Shown: positions 12,897 to 26,198, counted from the stretch's first letter. The stretch is 64,000 nucleotides of DNA from Octopus sinensis (GCF_006345805.1 NC_043017.1:29326001-29390000), one strand, 5' to 3'. Notes: generated from the sequence alone by a model not told the origin. Translations and numbers: made by a program.

Positions 12897-13271
12897 AAAC
12901 AGGGGATTGGTAATTCTTTTGGTATTATTTATTTACCGTTACACGTGTTTCATTCCTAACAGGCGTTGCATAATTGTACCAATTGTACATGTATTAGAAA
13001 ACAGGAAAGATATCTCGAGCTCGAAAATCTTCAGACAGAGAATCAAATAATTGCAGTTTTTGCTTCTCTGTTGGATTCTGTCTGAAGGAATTCTACTAGG
13101 AGATAACTTACATGAGTTTTACTAAATGTACAATTTTCTAATTTCCTATTACTAAATGAAAGTCGTGTAATGGTGTATAACTAATGCAAAAACATTTTTC
13201 ATTCTATTTTTTTTATATTACTACTCAGCAGAATATATTTTCCAGTATTTTCACAGTATACTCTCTCTCTC

Positions 13272-13493
13272 TTTTCTCTTTTACTTGTTTCAGTCAATTT
13301 ACATGACTCCGGCCATGCTGCAGCACCGCGTTTTGTCGAGCAAATCGATCCCGGGACTTATTTTTTGTAAGCCCAGTACTTATTCTATCGGTCTCTTTTG
13401 CCGAACCGCTAAGTGACGGCGACGTAGATACACCAGCCTCGGTTGTCAAGCAATGCTAAGGGGACAAACACAGACACACAAACACACACACAC

Positions 13494-13541
<48 letters not shown>

Positions 13542-13708
13542 TATACGACGGGCTTCTTTTAGTTTCCGTCTACCAAATCCACTCACGAGGCTTTGGTCGG
13601 CCCGAGGCTATAGTAGAAAACACTTGCCCAAGGTGTAACGCAGTGGGACTGAACCCGGAACCATGTGGTTGGTAAACAAGCTACTTACCACATAGCCACT
13701 CCTACGCC
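13272..13708 (-). mobile_element. SINE-A, full length
   Basis: Family consensus match. Confidence 0.9.
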
Positions 13709-14292
13709 TTTATGCATTTTATGAAATATTTCTTTCAAAATACATTTCACTCCAGATAATGGTTTGAATAATTTTCTAGAGAACTTTCTAAGAGATTGTT
13801 GCCTGTAGCATAATTACTGTTTCATCCATCTTCTTTTCAAATGAATATATACCAACAAATTTCCGTTCATCTCATTGAATATGTTCCGATGTCTTTTTGT
13901 TCCCCGTTCGATATTCTCTTCAAGAGAGCCAGATATAATCATATGATAAAACAACACTTTAGGGTTTCTTTCAAAAACTGACAATTAGATTGTTACATTT
14001 CTTTTTTATTTGAATTTGCACTGAAATACTGCTTTACCCCAATTATCTTAATTAATGAACCTAATCATTAGGAAAAGAAAATGATCATTCACAGATTTCA
14101 TTTTCCGTTTTCAGTTGCTGCAGAATCTTATTCTCTGTTAAATCCTTTAAATTCCAGCATTTATGGCTTCATGCTCCTAAATTCAGTCTTGTTTGTTTTT
14201 AATTTAATAAAAAATAAATGAACCCTTTGCCGAACTGAAATAATTTAGGCTTCTTTCAGCAAGAGAAGTCGTTTTGCTGAACTTTCGTTTAA

Positions 14293-14509
14293 TACTCTTT
14301 TACTCTTTTACTTGTTTCAGTCATTTGACTGCGGCCATGCTGGAGCATCGCCTTTTAATCGAGCAACTCGACCCCGGGACTTATTATTTTGTAAGCCCAG
14401 TGCTTATTCTATCGGTCTCTTTTGCCGAACCGCTAAGTAACGGGGACATAAACACACCAGCATCAGATGTCAAGCAATGCTAGAGGGACAAACACAGACA
14501 CACATATAC

Positions 14510-14547
<38 letters not shown>

Positions 14548-14600
14548 GACGGCCTTCTTTCAGTTTCCGTCTACCAAATCCACTCACAAGGCTTTGGTCA
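14293..14600 (-). mobile_element. SINE-A lacking its head
   Basis: Family consensus match. Confidence 0.85.
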
Positions 14601-14921
14601 ACATGAGTATTACTATTATTTTTTTTAATTAGTGACTATTTATCACCAGATCACCAAGGAATAATTAAAGAAAAATATATCCAGAGTATAGTATGTCTTC
14701 TTAACCATGTCCGACACACTGGAGGCAATTTGAATGTAGCAATTTAAGAGTAACCATTACTGCATTCTTAACGTGGTTTGGAGCAGACAGCTATACCGTT
14801 TCTTCGATCTACTGGCCAGCAATGACCACACTGCTATGTAGTGGCTGAAATGCGACAGAAATTAAACCATATCTTTACCTAAAGTATATTGGACAAACAA
14901 TGGAAATTTTGTCATGCTCAC

Positions 14922-15046
14922 TTTTCTCTTTTACTTGTTTGTCATTTGACTGCGGCCATGCTGGAGCACCGCCTTCAGTCGAGCAAATCGACCCCAGGAT
15001 TATTCTTTGTAAGCTTAGTACTTATTCTATCCGTCTCCTCTTGCCG
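14922..15046 (-). mobile_element. SINE-A tail fragment
   Basis: GCGGCCATGCTGGAGCACCGCC...CTTATTCTATC. Confidence 0.8.
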
Positions 15047-15126
15047 ATCCGGTATAAAAATTTCTAAAATCTTTATTCGGTAGCCACTACACACATTTTT
15101 TTCTCTCCTTGTTTCTTTCTGTGTCC

Positions 15127-15164
15127 CTTTCTGAAGAAGAGCGTAGGCTCGAAACGTAAAATAC
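15127..15164 (+). ncRNA. Minimal hammerhead-like motif (family 2) in a Penelope-like terminal repeat (about 15080-15260)
   Basis: CTTT-CTGAAGA-A-GAGC(GTAG)GCTC-GAAACGT-A-AAAT. Confidence 0.6.
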
Positions 15165-15606
15165 TTTTTCTATTCCTGAGCGCTATACTAATACATCTGT
15201 TTGTTTGTACACCACTTGCCTTCGTCTTTTGTTTATTTTCGTAAACTTTCCCTTTATATATAATAATAATATTGAAGAATATTATTCCTAACTTAAAGGG
15301 GAAAAATTCAATTTAGAAATATTAAATCAAATTTCACAAAATACAATATATTATATATATATATATATATATATAATTATATATATATATATATATAGAT
15401 ATATATATAATTAGATAAAAAAAGCATCTTTTAATTCAAAATGAACAATTAAATTACACCATCTAGAAAAATTACATATATGTATGTGTGTTCACATATA
15501 TAAAGGTGTAAGAAAGACTCTGTGCAATAGATGAGTGCAAATACGGAGCAAACTGGAAAGATAAAGTAGGCAGTCACATGAAATGCATATAAAAAACAAA
15601 TCTTAC

Positions 15607-15759
15607 CGTTTTCATATAATTAAGTACGCTGTTTCCATGATTCCAAGTGTTCTGTTTGGTGCAAGAAAGAGCCATTGTATTGATATCACGAGCAGCAGCT
15701 ACTTGATGCAGCGCTTTGGCGAACAAGTAAACTGCATCGTACATGAGGGCAGTTTCAGT
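15607..15759 (-). CDS. GRIK-like: iGluR ATD exon B, 51 aa, phase 0/0
   Basis: atttctttccag|ACT...ACG|gtaaga. Translates TETALMYDAVYLFAKALHQVAAARDINTMALSCTKQNTWNHGNSVLNYMKT, with the ALMYDAV motif, the conserved Cys and WxxG. In frame with exon A. Confidence 0.95.
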
Positions 15760-15832
15760 CTGGAAAGAAATATTAAAAAAACATTATTAGTGAGTTTTGA
15801 TATTGATAGAAATAGAAATGTGCTGTTGCGGA

Positions 15833-16002
15833 TTGCAGCCATGCTAGAGCACCGCCTTTAATCAAGCAACTCGACTCCGGGACTTATTCTTTTGTAAGCT
15901 CAGTACTTATTCTATCGTATGTTTTGCCGAACCGCTAAGTAACGGGGACATAAACACACCAGCATCATTGTCAAGCAATGCTAGGGGGACACACACGCAC
16001 AG

Positions 16003-16020
<18 letters not shown>
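15833..16020 (-). mobile_element. SINE-A 3' half, about 75 bp upstream of the exon B acceptor
   Basis: Family consensus match. Confidence 0.8.
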
Positions 16021-16055
<35 letters not shown>

Positions 16056-16213
16056 CTCTGTTTTAAATTTTTTGGTTCATAGGATTATGCTCAAGGTGGT
16101 TTTCGTCATTCATACGTGCCATCCTTGCTACATTCACCCATCTTTTTTGAAACATTCGCTAGACAAAACTTGAAACATTCGCTAAGATAGACAGGAGCTA
16201 GATAGACAGACAG

Positions 16214-16256
<43 letters not shown>

Positions 16257-16429
16257 GTACAGATATATATCAGGTTCAAAGGGGTTAATAAATCCAGTTT
16301 GGATCCTTAGTTATCGCTCCTGCAAACACTTACTAAAAGTATTATTAGAAGTGAGTAATTTTCCTTAAAGGAAATCATTTTTAGTGACTGAATTTCCAAG
16401 AACGAAGATTTTGATATTTCATTTTTAAC

Positions 16430-16463
<34 letters not shown>

Positions 16464-17104
16464 TACACACGCGCGCATATTAACATATATATAAACACGC
16501 ATAGAAGTCTTATTCTCATGCATATACGCACGCATATATATACGTGTGTACGCGTATGCGTACGAGGATTCCTACTTGTAGGTGTGAACGACGCGAATAG
16601 GGAAGAAAGCGGGGGAGAAAAAAAACCCTTAGAAAAGAAGAAAAATATCAGTACAATATCGTTCTTTTCTTTTTTTTTTTTTTTCATAACATTTAAAAGA
16701 TTTAAATCATTTTGTTGTGTTAACAAAAAATTGTATTACGTGATAACATGAAATAAACTAACAGACATCAGATGCCTATTGATTTCTGTGTTTGCAATAG
16801 CCTTTGTCTGCAAGACTTGGTTGTTATCTCGTGTGTAAATCGTAAGAGCGTTGCGTGTTACTATCATACATTAGCAATGTTGTTTTTCACAGCAGTAATC
16901 CGTAAATACTAATAATGATCTCTTAATTAGTCACGAAGTGTGTTATATCTAGTAACATCTAGTAAAATCTCATATTTCCCAAGTCGAATTACAAAGTTTG
17001 TGTAATCATATCAAATAAGGTTTGGCGCCGGAACGAATCACGTACCGTTTCTTTATTCGTAAATGTCTGACTCTGTTCATTCAGCTTCCTCGCTTCTTCC
17101 TGTT

Positions 17105-17552
17105 GCAACCGCTCTCTCTCTCTCTCTCCCTCCCTCCTACTCTCTATCTCTGTCTGTCTCTCTGTTTCTATATATATATCTATCTATCTATCTATCTAAG
17201 TAGTAGCTAGCTATCTCTATCTATCTTTCTCTCTATCTATCTCTCCCTCTATCTCTCTATCTATCTATCTCTCCATATCTCCATCTAGCTATCTCTCTCT
17301 CTCTCTCTCTTTCTATCTATCTCTGTCTCTCTCTCTCTTTCTATCTATCTCTGTCTCTCTCTCTATCTATCTATCTCTGTCTCTCTCTCTCTCTCTCTTC
17401 TATCTATCTATCTTCTATCTATCTATCTCTCTATCTCTCTATCTATCTCTCTATCTATCATCTATCTCTACTATCTATCTATCTCTATCTATCTATCTTC
17501 TATCTATCTCTCTATCTATCTATCTATCTATCTCTCTCTCTTCTATCTATCT

Positions 17553-17587
<35 letters not shown>

Positions 17588-17720
17588 CTCTCTCCCTCTA
17601 TCTATCTATCTCTCTATCTCTGTCTCTCTATCTATCTCTCTATCTATCTCTGTCTCTCTGTCTCTCTATCTATCTATTTATCTATCTATCTATTTATCTA
17701 GCTGTCTGTCTGTCTGTCTG
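17105..17720. repeat. (CTAT)n/(CT)n tract
   Basis: Direct inspection. Confidence 0.95.
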
Positions 17721-18479
17721 TCACTTATTCCAACTCCTCTCTCTAACTCTGTGTTACGTACATGTGTGTCTGCGTGTCAATGAGTATCTGTGTGAATGTG
17801 TGTATGTATGTATGTGAATATGAATATGCATGTGCGCCCACACGTCTATGTGCGTAATACAAATTCCCGTAATCCATTCTCAAGCTTTCTCTCCTTTTAC
17901 AAACACCCAAACATTCGCATATTAACGTATCTTTCAATATTTACTCTCATTACTTCCCCCACTTTCTTCGGTTCGCCTCACTACCTCTCTGTCTCTCTCT
18001 GTTTCCCTGTTCCTGTCTCTGGCTGTCTATTCTGTCGGCCTGTCCCTCTCTCTCTGTCTTTTCATACATGTGAATTAAACTTTCTCATATTGTCCAAGAT
18101 AAGAACTATCGTATATTGTATATACATTTCTGCAATTTCTGCTTTAAACGCACACATCATGTCTAATGAGACTGGAACACGTTAGAGCCATTTCATTAAA
18201 TCATGCATATAATCTATTTAACTGCTCCACACCCAGATTACACCCGCCTAGTATACATTTCCCTTGTGCATTCACTTCTGTCTAAACGACAATAATTAAC
18301 AGAGATCATTCTAATTAGCAAAGCGTGAGCGTGGCGAGGAAATATCTGCAACGAATCATTTAGACCATGTCTCATTGAGTATTTTGTTAGATTTGGTTCA
18401 ATTTGTACCGACCTTTATTTTCTGAGTTCAAATCCTGCTGAAATCTATTTTGCATATCATAATTTTGGCGCCGATACAG

Positions 18480-19084
18480 TACCTATTTCTTTACTATCCA
18501 CAAGCGGCTAAACAAAGAGGGGACAAACAAGGACAGACAAATGGATTAAGTCGATTATATCGACCCCAGTGCGTAATTGGTACTTAATTTATCGACCCCG
18601 AAAGGATGAATGGCAAAATCAACCTCGGCGGAATTTGAACTCAGAACGTAGCGGCAGACGAAATACCTATTTCTTTACTACCAACAAGGGGCTAAACCCA
18701 GAGGGGACAAACAAGGAAAGACAAACGGATTAAATCGATTATATCGACCCCAGTGTGTAACTGGTACGAATTTAATCGACCCCGAAAGGATGAAAGGCAA
18801 AGTCGACCTCGGCAGAATTTGAACTCAGAACGTAGCGGCAGACAAATTACCTATTTCTTTACTACCCACAAGGGGCTAAACCCAAAGGAGACAAACAAGG
18901 AAAGGCAAACGGATTAAGTCGATTATATTGACCCCAGTGCGTAACTGGTACTTATGTAATCGAACCCGAAAGGGTGAAAGGCACAGTCGACCTCGGCGGA
19001 ATTTGAACTCAGAACGCAACGGCATACGAAATACCGCTAAGCATTTGGCCCTTCGTGCTAATGTTTCTACCAGCTCGCCGCCTT
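18480..19084 (-). mobile_element. SINE-B trimer (units of about 185 bp, one head)
   Basis: Three tandem units joined at ...GAAATAG|GTATTTCGTC. Confidence 0.88.
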
Positions 19085-19199
19085 GCCGATACAGTAGCAG
19101 TGAGGAATTGGGTCGGCGTAATCGACTGTACGCCCCTCCTCAAATTCTTGATCATGTGACTAAATTACTAACAGTTACTAATACTATTATTAATGTTAT

Positions 19200-20210
19200 T
19201 AAGGCGGCAAGCTGGCAGAACCGTTAGCGCGCTGGATGAAATGCTTAGCGGTATTTCGTCCATCGCTACATTCTCAGTTCAAATTCCGTCGAGGTCGACT
19301 TTGCCATTCATCCTTTCGGCGTGAATATAATTGAAACAATAGCGTCGATGTAATCGACTACTGCCATCCCCCCAAATTGCTGTCCTTGTGGCAAAATTTG
19401 AAACCATTTTTATTATTATTATTATTATTATTAAGGCGGCGAGTAAGGCAGAATCGTTAGCACGTTGGCAAAATGCTCAGCAGCACTTCGACTATCTTTA
19501 CATTCTGAGTTCAAATTCTGCTGAGGTCGACTTTGGCTTTCATCAGTTCGGGGTCGATAAACTAAGTGCAAGTTACGCAATAGGATCGATGTAATTGACT
19601 TAATCTCTTCCCCTAAATTTGAGGTCTTGTGCTCCCAGTAGAAAGGATTATTATCATTATTATTAGTAGTAGTAGTAGTAGTAGTAAGGGGGCGAATTGG
19701 CTGAATATTTAGCACTCCGGCAAAATTCTTAGCGGCATTCCGCCCGTCTTTACGTTCTGAGATGAAATTCCCCCGAAGTTGGCCTTGCCTTTCAGCCTTT
19801 CGTGATCGATACGATAAGTACCAGTTGCATACTGGGGTCGATGTGAGCGCCTTAACCCCTCCTCTCAAGAAATTGCTGACCTAGTGCCAAAATATTAAAC
19901 CCTTCTTCCTCTTTCCTCCTTCTTCTTCTTCTCTCCTATTTTCTTCTTCTTCTTCCTCCTCCTTTCCTTTTCTTCTTCCTCTTCTTATTAAGACGGTGAG
20001 CTGGCAGAATCGTTAGCACGCAGGGCGAAATGCTTGCCGCTATTTCGTCTGTCGCTACGCTCTGAGTTCAAATTCCGCCGAGGTCGACTTTGCCTTTCAT
20101 TCTTTGGCGGTGGGGGGGCGATTAAATAAGTACCAGTTACGCACTGGGGTCGATTTGATTAACATAACTCCCATCCCCCAAGTCTGAGGTTTTGTTCTGC
20201 CAGTAAAAAT
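19200..20210 (+). mobile_element. Four head-to-tail SINE-B copies (19200-19410, 19431-19650, 19686-19900, 19989-20210)
   Basis: Each starts TAAGGCGGCGAGCTGGCAGAA-like and ends in a trinucleotide tract. Confidence 0.85.
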
Positions 20211-21092
20211 GGTTGTTGTTGTTGTTGTATTGTTGTTTGTTTTCACACACTCAGCATTTAGCAGCGAAAATAATTACAAGTGGATTCTGACATTAAGTAA
20301 ACGAGAGGCATCATTTGATAGAACTACGCTTCATGCACTTGACTTTTTCTTCTCTAATTGAATTAAACCTTGTAAGACTACACTAGAAAACCATTTGTTC
20401 AATCAACTGCCAGCCATTTGTCAAGTATCAAGCACTCTGCCACACAGACTTCCGGTTAAATAAGTCGCAATATATCCCTGCACATGCGTACTGAAATCGG
20501 AAACTCATTCGGAAATGTTGACAGTTATTGTGTTTACATTATATCAAAAATAATGTAGATATTTAATACAACACTGTATAATAGACGGGGGCCATTGAAA
20601 GGTTAGTAACTTGATGGAGTTCATGTTGTAATAGTTGGTGATACGAATCGAATTGTCGACATTATTTGAGTACTTTACCGATCCGCCAATTTACATTTAT
20701 TTCCCTTCAAATTAAACGTAGAGCTTATCAAAAATAACAAATACAACCGCACTAAAACGGCTTCCTCATCACGATACGGATATCCGTAATGTTCCCGATT
20801 ATTCATTTGAATTTAAAATTTCATAACGTGTATAATGATGATAGCAGCATCAGCAGCAATAACAGCCTCATCAGTAGGCTGCAAAGATAACATCATCAAC
20901 GTTGACAACTATGATACTTATTAGGGTTTCTAATTTAGGCGTTTGGCCCGCAATTTTTCGATTTCAAGACAAAACACGTCGAATTCGAGCAGTTATGTAC
21001 ACTTAGAAAAAGCTAGACAGTTAACGTTGCTGTCCACCAACCTTTGTTGCTGGTTCGTTACGCGAGTCACCGTTCACTATCTGAAATGTTAT

Positions 21093-21262
21093 ACTCTTTT
21101 ACTTGTTTCAGTCATTTGACTGCGGCCATGCTGGAGCACCGCCTTTAGTCGAGTAAATCGACTCCAGGACTTATTCTTTGTAAGCCCAGTACTTATTCTA
21201 TCGGTCTCTTTTGCCGAACCGCTAAGTGACGGGAACGTAAACACACCAGCATCGGTTGTCAA
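21093..21262 (-). mobile_element. SINE-A 3' half
   Basis: Family consensus match. Confidence 0.85.
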
Positions 21263-21405
21263 ATTAAGAGCGGGTAGAATAGACGGTCACTGAAAAAATT
21301 CCACTTCAATAGAAATTCTTAAGCAGGTTGTTCAGAAATAATATAACATTTATTGATACTGAGCACTGATGTCTTTCTTTCTGTCAGTCTGTCCGTCCGT
21401 CCCTG

Positions 21406-21459
<54 letters not shown>

Positions 21460-21462
21460 ATA

Positions 21463-21495
<33 letters not shown>

Positions 21496-21564
21496 ATTAT
21501 ATATACACATATTAATGTGTGTGTGTGCCAATCAATCTATCGCACTAAATATGCATGAATTATG

Positions 21565-21603
<39 letters not shown>

Positions 21604-21870
21604 CACACATATATATACACACACATATGTATTATATTTACATATATATATATTTACATGTGAATATACAGAAATGCATTGAATGTATTTATTTCTATGT
21701 ATTTATTTCTATATACATGTATAATATGCATGTGTGTGTATATAATCGTATACGTACATACATATATTATATATTACGTATGCATATGCATGCATGTCTG
21801 CATATGTATTTATACATAGACATACGAACACACGGAAACACGTACACATATATAGGTTTTTAGGTTTTCT

Positions 21871-23522
21871 CTGTGCGCATATTTTTATGAAATAACCTAA
21901 CCCCCAAAATATCACTGTGCATATTTTATGAAATAGCTTAACCCCCAAAATATCACTGTGCATATTTTATGAAATAGCTTAACCCCCAAAATATCACTGT
22001 GCATATTTTATGAAATAGCTCAACCCCCAAAATATCACTGTGCATATTTTATGAAATAGCTTAACCCCCAAAATATCACTGTGCATATTTTATGAAGTAG
22101 CTTAGCCCCCAAAATAATATCACTGTGCATATTTTATGAAATAGCTTAACCCCCAAAATATCACTGTGCATATTTTATGAAATAACTTAACCCCCAAAAT
22201 AATATCACGGTGCATATTTTATGAAATAGCTTAAACCCAAAATATCACTGTGCATATTTTATGAAATAGCTTAACACCCAAAATATCACTGCGCATATTT
22301 TATGAAATAGCTTAACCCCCAAAATATCACTGTGCATATTTTATGAAATAGCTTAACCCCCAAAATATCACTGTGCATATTTTATGAAATAGCTTAACCC
22401 CGAAAATATCACTGTGCATATTTTATGAAATAACTTAACCCCCAAAATATCACTGTGCATATTTTAAGAAATAACTTAACCCCAAAATATCACTGTGCAT
22501 ATTTTATGAAATAGCTCAACCCCCAAAATATCACTGTGCATATTTTATGAAATAACTTAACCCCCAAAATATCACTGTGCATATTTTATGAAATAGCTTA
22601 ACCCCCAAAATATCACTGTGCATATTTTATGAAATAGCTTAACCCCCAAAATATCACTGTGCATATTTTATGAAATAACTTAACCCCCAAAATATCACTG
22701 TGCATATTTTATGAAATAGCTTAACCCCCAAAATATCACTGTGCATATTTTATAAAATACTTAACCCACAAAATATCACTGTGCATATTTTATGAATAAC
22801 TTAACCCACAAAAAATCACTGTGCATATTTTATGAAATAACTTAACAACCCACAAAATATCACTGTGCATATTTTATGAAATAACTTAACCCACAAAATA
22901 TCACTGTGCATATTTTATGAATAACTTAACCCACAAAATATCACTGTGCATATTTTATGAAATAGCTCAACCCCCAAAATATCACTGTGCATATTTTATG
23001 AAATAACTTAACCCCCAAAATATCACTGTGCATATTTTATGAAATAGCTTAACCCCCAAAATATCACTGTGCATATTTTATAAAATAACTTAACCCACAA
23101 AATATCACTGTGCATATTTTATGAAATAACTTAACCCACAAAATATCACTGTGCATATTTTATGAAATAACTTAACCCACAAAATATCACTGTGCATATT
23201 TTATGAAATAACTTAACCCACAAAATATCACTGTGCATATTTTATGAAATAACTTAACCCCCAAAATATCAATGTGCATATTTTATGAAATAGCTTAACC
23301 CCCAAAATATCACTGTGCATATTTTATAAAATAACTTAACCCCCAAAATATCACTGTGCATATTTTATGAAATAGCTCAACCCCCAAAATATCACTGTGC
23401 ATATTTTATGAAATAACTCAACCCCAAAATATCACTCTGCATATTTTATGAAATAGCTTAACCCCCAAAATATCACTGTGCATATTTTATGAAATAGCTC
23501 AACCCCCAAAATATCACCGTGC
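21871..23522. repeat. 41-bp tandem satellite, about 40 copies
   Basis: Unit GTGCATATTTTATGAAATAGCTTAACCCCCAAAATATCACT. Confidence 0.97.
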
Positions 23523-24158
23523 TATTAAATCGTATTTTCTTACTGAAATATCTTCAAACACGCCATTATATTATTTATGTGGTTGTTCGGTTCGCTTTCA
23601 CTTGCGTGAAACAGTAAAATATCATTAGAGAGTGTGAGGCAGCTTTATTGAACATCATTTATTTTGCGTCGCTTGCCAAAGCATCTTGCCTCGCCAAGAA
23701 TCCGTCATTATCTTTTCTCTAACGCCGATTTATTACTTCATATGTTTGAAACAGCTTTCTTTAGTTACTTCTATCATTTGATTTTCTTTCCTTTTTGCTT
23801 ATATCTTCCGTTTATTTACTATTCGATTTATTTTTTTTTTTTTATTGTTACTCTGTTGTTATGGAAACAATTCCCAAGAATCTAATTCCTGTAATTTTTG
23901 TTGTTTCATTCTTTTTGCTTTTAGGTTAATAAAGACGTTCGATAAAGATGTTTGCGTTCATTCTTCTTCTTTCATTATTATTATCATTTTAAGTATATAA
24001 AGTGTGTATTGTTGTTCTTCAGTTTCGATTCTACTTCACAATTATAGCTTCACAAGTTAATTATATATTTCATTATATTATCTTAGCTTTCATACAGTTT
24101 CATGTAATTTCCAATATTTCTTGCGTACTTACATAATTATATATATAATATATATATA

Positions 24159-24198
<40 letters not shown>

Positions 24199-24224
24199 TA
24201 CATATCCATCTACCTACCTATCCA

Positions 24225-24490
24225 TATATATATACACACACATACGTATATATATATATATACATACACATACGTATATATATATTATTATATATATAAT
24301 ATATACACATACGTATGTGTAGATATATTATATATACACACATACGTATGTGTAGATATATATATACACATACGTATGTGTAGATATATATATATATACA
24401 CACATACGTATGTGTAGATATATATATACACATACGTATGTGTAGATATATATATACACACACATACGTATGTGTAGATATATATATTAT
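24225..24490. repeat. Minisatellite carrying the 16-bp palindrome ACACATACGTATGTGT
   Basis: About 5 full units plus partial units. Confidence 0.85.
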
Positions 24491-25129
24491 ACTTACATAT
24501 ATACATGTATATTTATATGTATATATATTTATACATATATATATATTTATACATGTATATGTATGAGTACAAATATATATATATATATATATTTTTTATA
24601 TATATATATATATACATACACTGGTGGTCTATTTGCTACAGTCTTCATTGTTTCTCATATTCATATTATATTAATGTCTCTACTAATAGGATTTGTGAGC
24701 TAAAACCTCTAAGCTGTCAATTAGTCTACCCAGGTTTTTAAATGAATACACCTTGTATTGCTTATATATTTTAATATTTATGATAAATTTTCAGAAATCT
24801 CTTTAACAGATTGCGATTATTTTCCTCCCCATTGAGTTGAATCCACGTGAAAGATCGAAGTAAATTATTCTGAACGATGAATAATTTCTTGATAAAATAA
24901 CTCTTAAAAATACATATAATACCTTCAGTAAAATATCAGATAGGAATTCCAAATCTATTACATCATTATTTTCCTTTCTGCCCCATTGCAAAATGAGAAT
25001 AGGAAAACTAATTGACGGCTGTATTACGTACGATATAAGCAACTGTTTTAGTGTGTTGGTAGTCGACAATTTGTTCCTTCTCGTTTAGGTAAATGCAACG
25101 AATTATAATAAGGAAGGAAGAAAGAAAAA

Positions 25130-25345
25130 TGATGATAACGATGATGATGATAATGAAAATGACAGTTTTTTGGTGGTACTGGTGTTGGTGGTGATGGTGA
25201 TCATCATCGTTGTCGTCTTCGTCGTCGTCATAATGATCATTATCACAACCATCGTCTTCGTTGCCATCACCATCACCAGCCCCATCATAACCACCATCAT
25301 CTTCAACATTGTCATCATCATCATCAACGTCGTCATCACCCAGTA
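25130..25345. repeat. (GAT)/(CAT) trinucleotide low-complexity tract
   Basis: Direct inspection. Confidence 0.85.
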
Positions 25346-25542
25346 AATCTGACAACATCTACAACGAAAAATGAGGCGAAATATTACTGATATAGTTGGG
25401 CTACAGTGGTAATTGCTTACGCGTAACTCATTTGAGTGTCCAACGAAGCAACAAATCTATTGAACTTTCGAGTCTACAGAAAGACTGTCAGTGGAGAAAC
25501 TGGAACAAAGCTGAAAGCTAAGTATACTGGGGAAGTTATATA

Positions 25543-25592
<50 letters not shown>

Positions 25593-25674
25593 ATGGTCAT
25601 ATTGCCAGTTTAGCCAATAAAAACACACGCACTATATATTTGGTGTTATTTATTTTTTACATTAATCTTATTTC

Positions 25675-25719
25675 GGCCAGAGTTCTTTCGTCACACTCCT
25701 GTGACCGCATCAGTGGTCC
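25675..25719 (-). ncRNA. Minimal hammerhead-like motif (family 3) in repeat about 25590-25760
   Basis: GGACCA-CTGATGC-G-GTCACA(GGAG)TGTGAC-GAAAGAACT-C-TGGCC. Perfect 6-bp stem II. The element's 3' end abuts (TA)n. Confidence 0.58.
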
Positions 25720-26157
25720 TTTGTTTTCTTCTTTCTTATTTGTGTCTCTCCTTACTAACCGTCAGCCATTTTGTATTTCTATTGTATGTCTTCATTTGCG
25801 CATGCTTATATCTCTATGTGCGTCTATGTTTATTTAGTGTGTGTATGTGAAGGGATGCCTGTAATATATATATATATATAAATAATGATTAAGACTCAGT
25901 TGAATTAAGTATTTAAATTGAGGCACGTCGCCAGTTTGGTGTAGTCCTTACAGCTCCAAGATGTGTGAACTGAATGCAAATAGGTAAGAAAGATTTATAG
26001 GTGACAATTATATTACGGCTCTTTCAAGTGGGTCTATTTAAGTGAAGAGAGCGGATTCTTTCAAATCGATGTTTTCACTGATCAATTCAATGGGCCCGCT
26101 TGAAATGGCCGAAACGTATTTACACCTGTACATCTTTGTTACTTATCTACATACATC

Positions 26158-26198
<41 letters not shown>

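Noticed and set aside
25008-25358. Asp/His-rich ORF
   Set aside because: Trinucleotide low-complexity sequence with no splice context.
26070-26120. GGCC...GGCC-GAAACGTA hammerhead remnant before (TA)n
   Set aside because: The CUGANGA core is not recognisable in register. It may be a decayed PLE terminus but cannot be supported.
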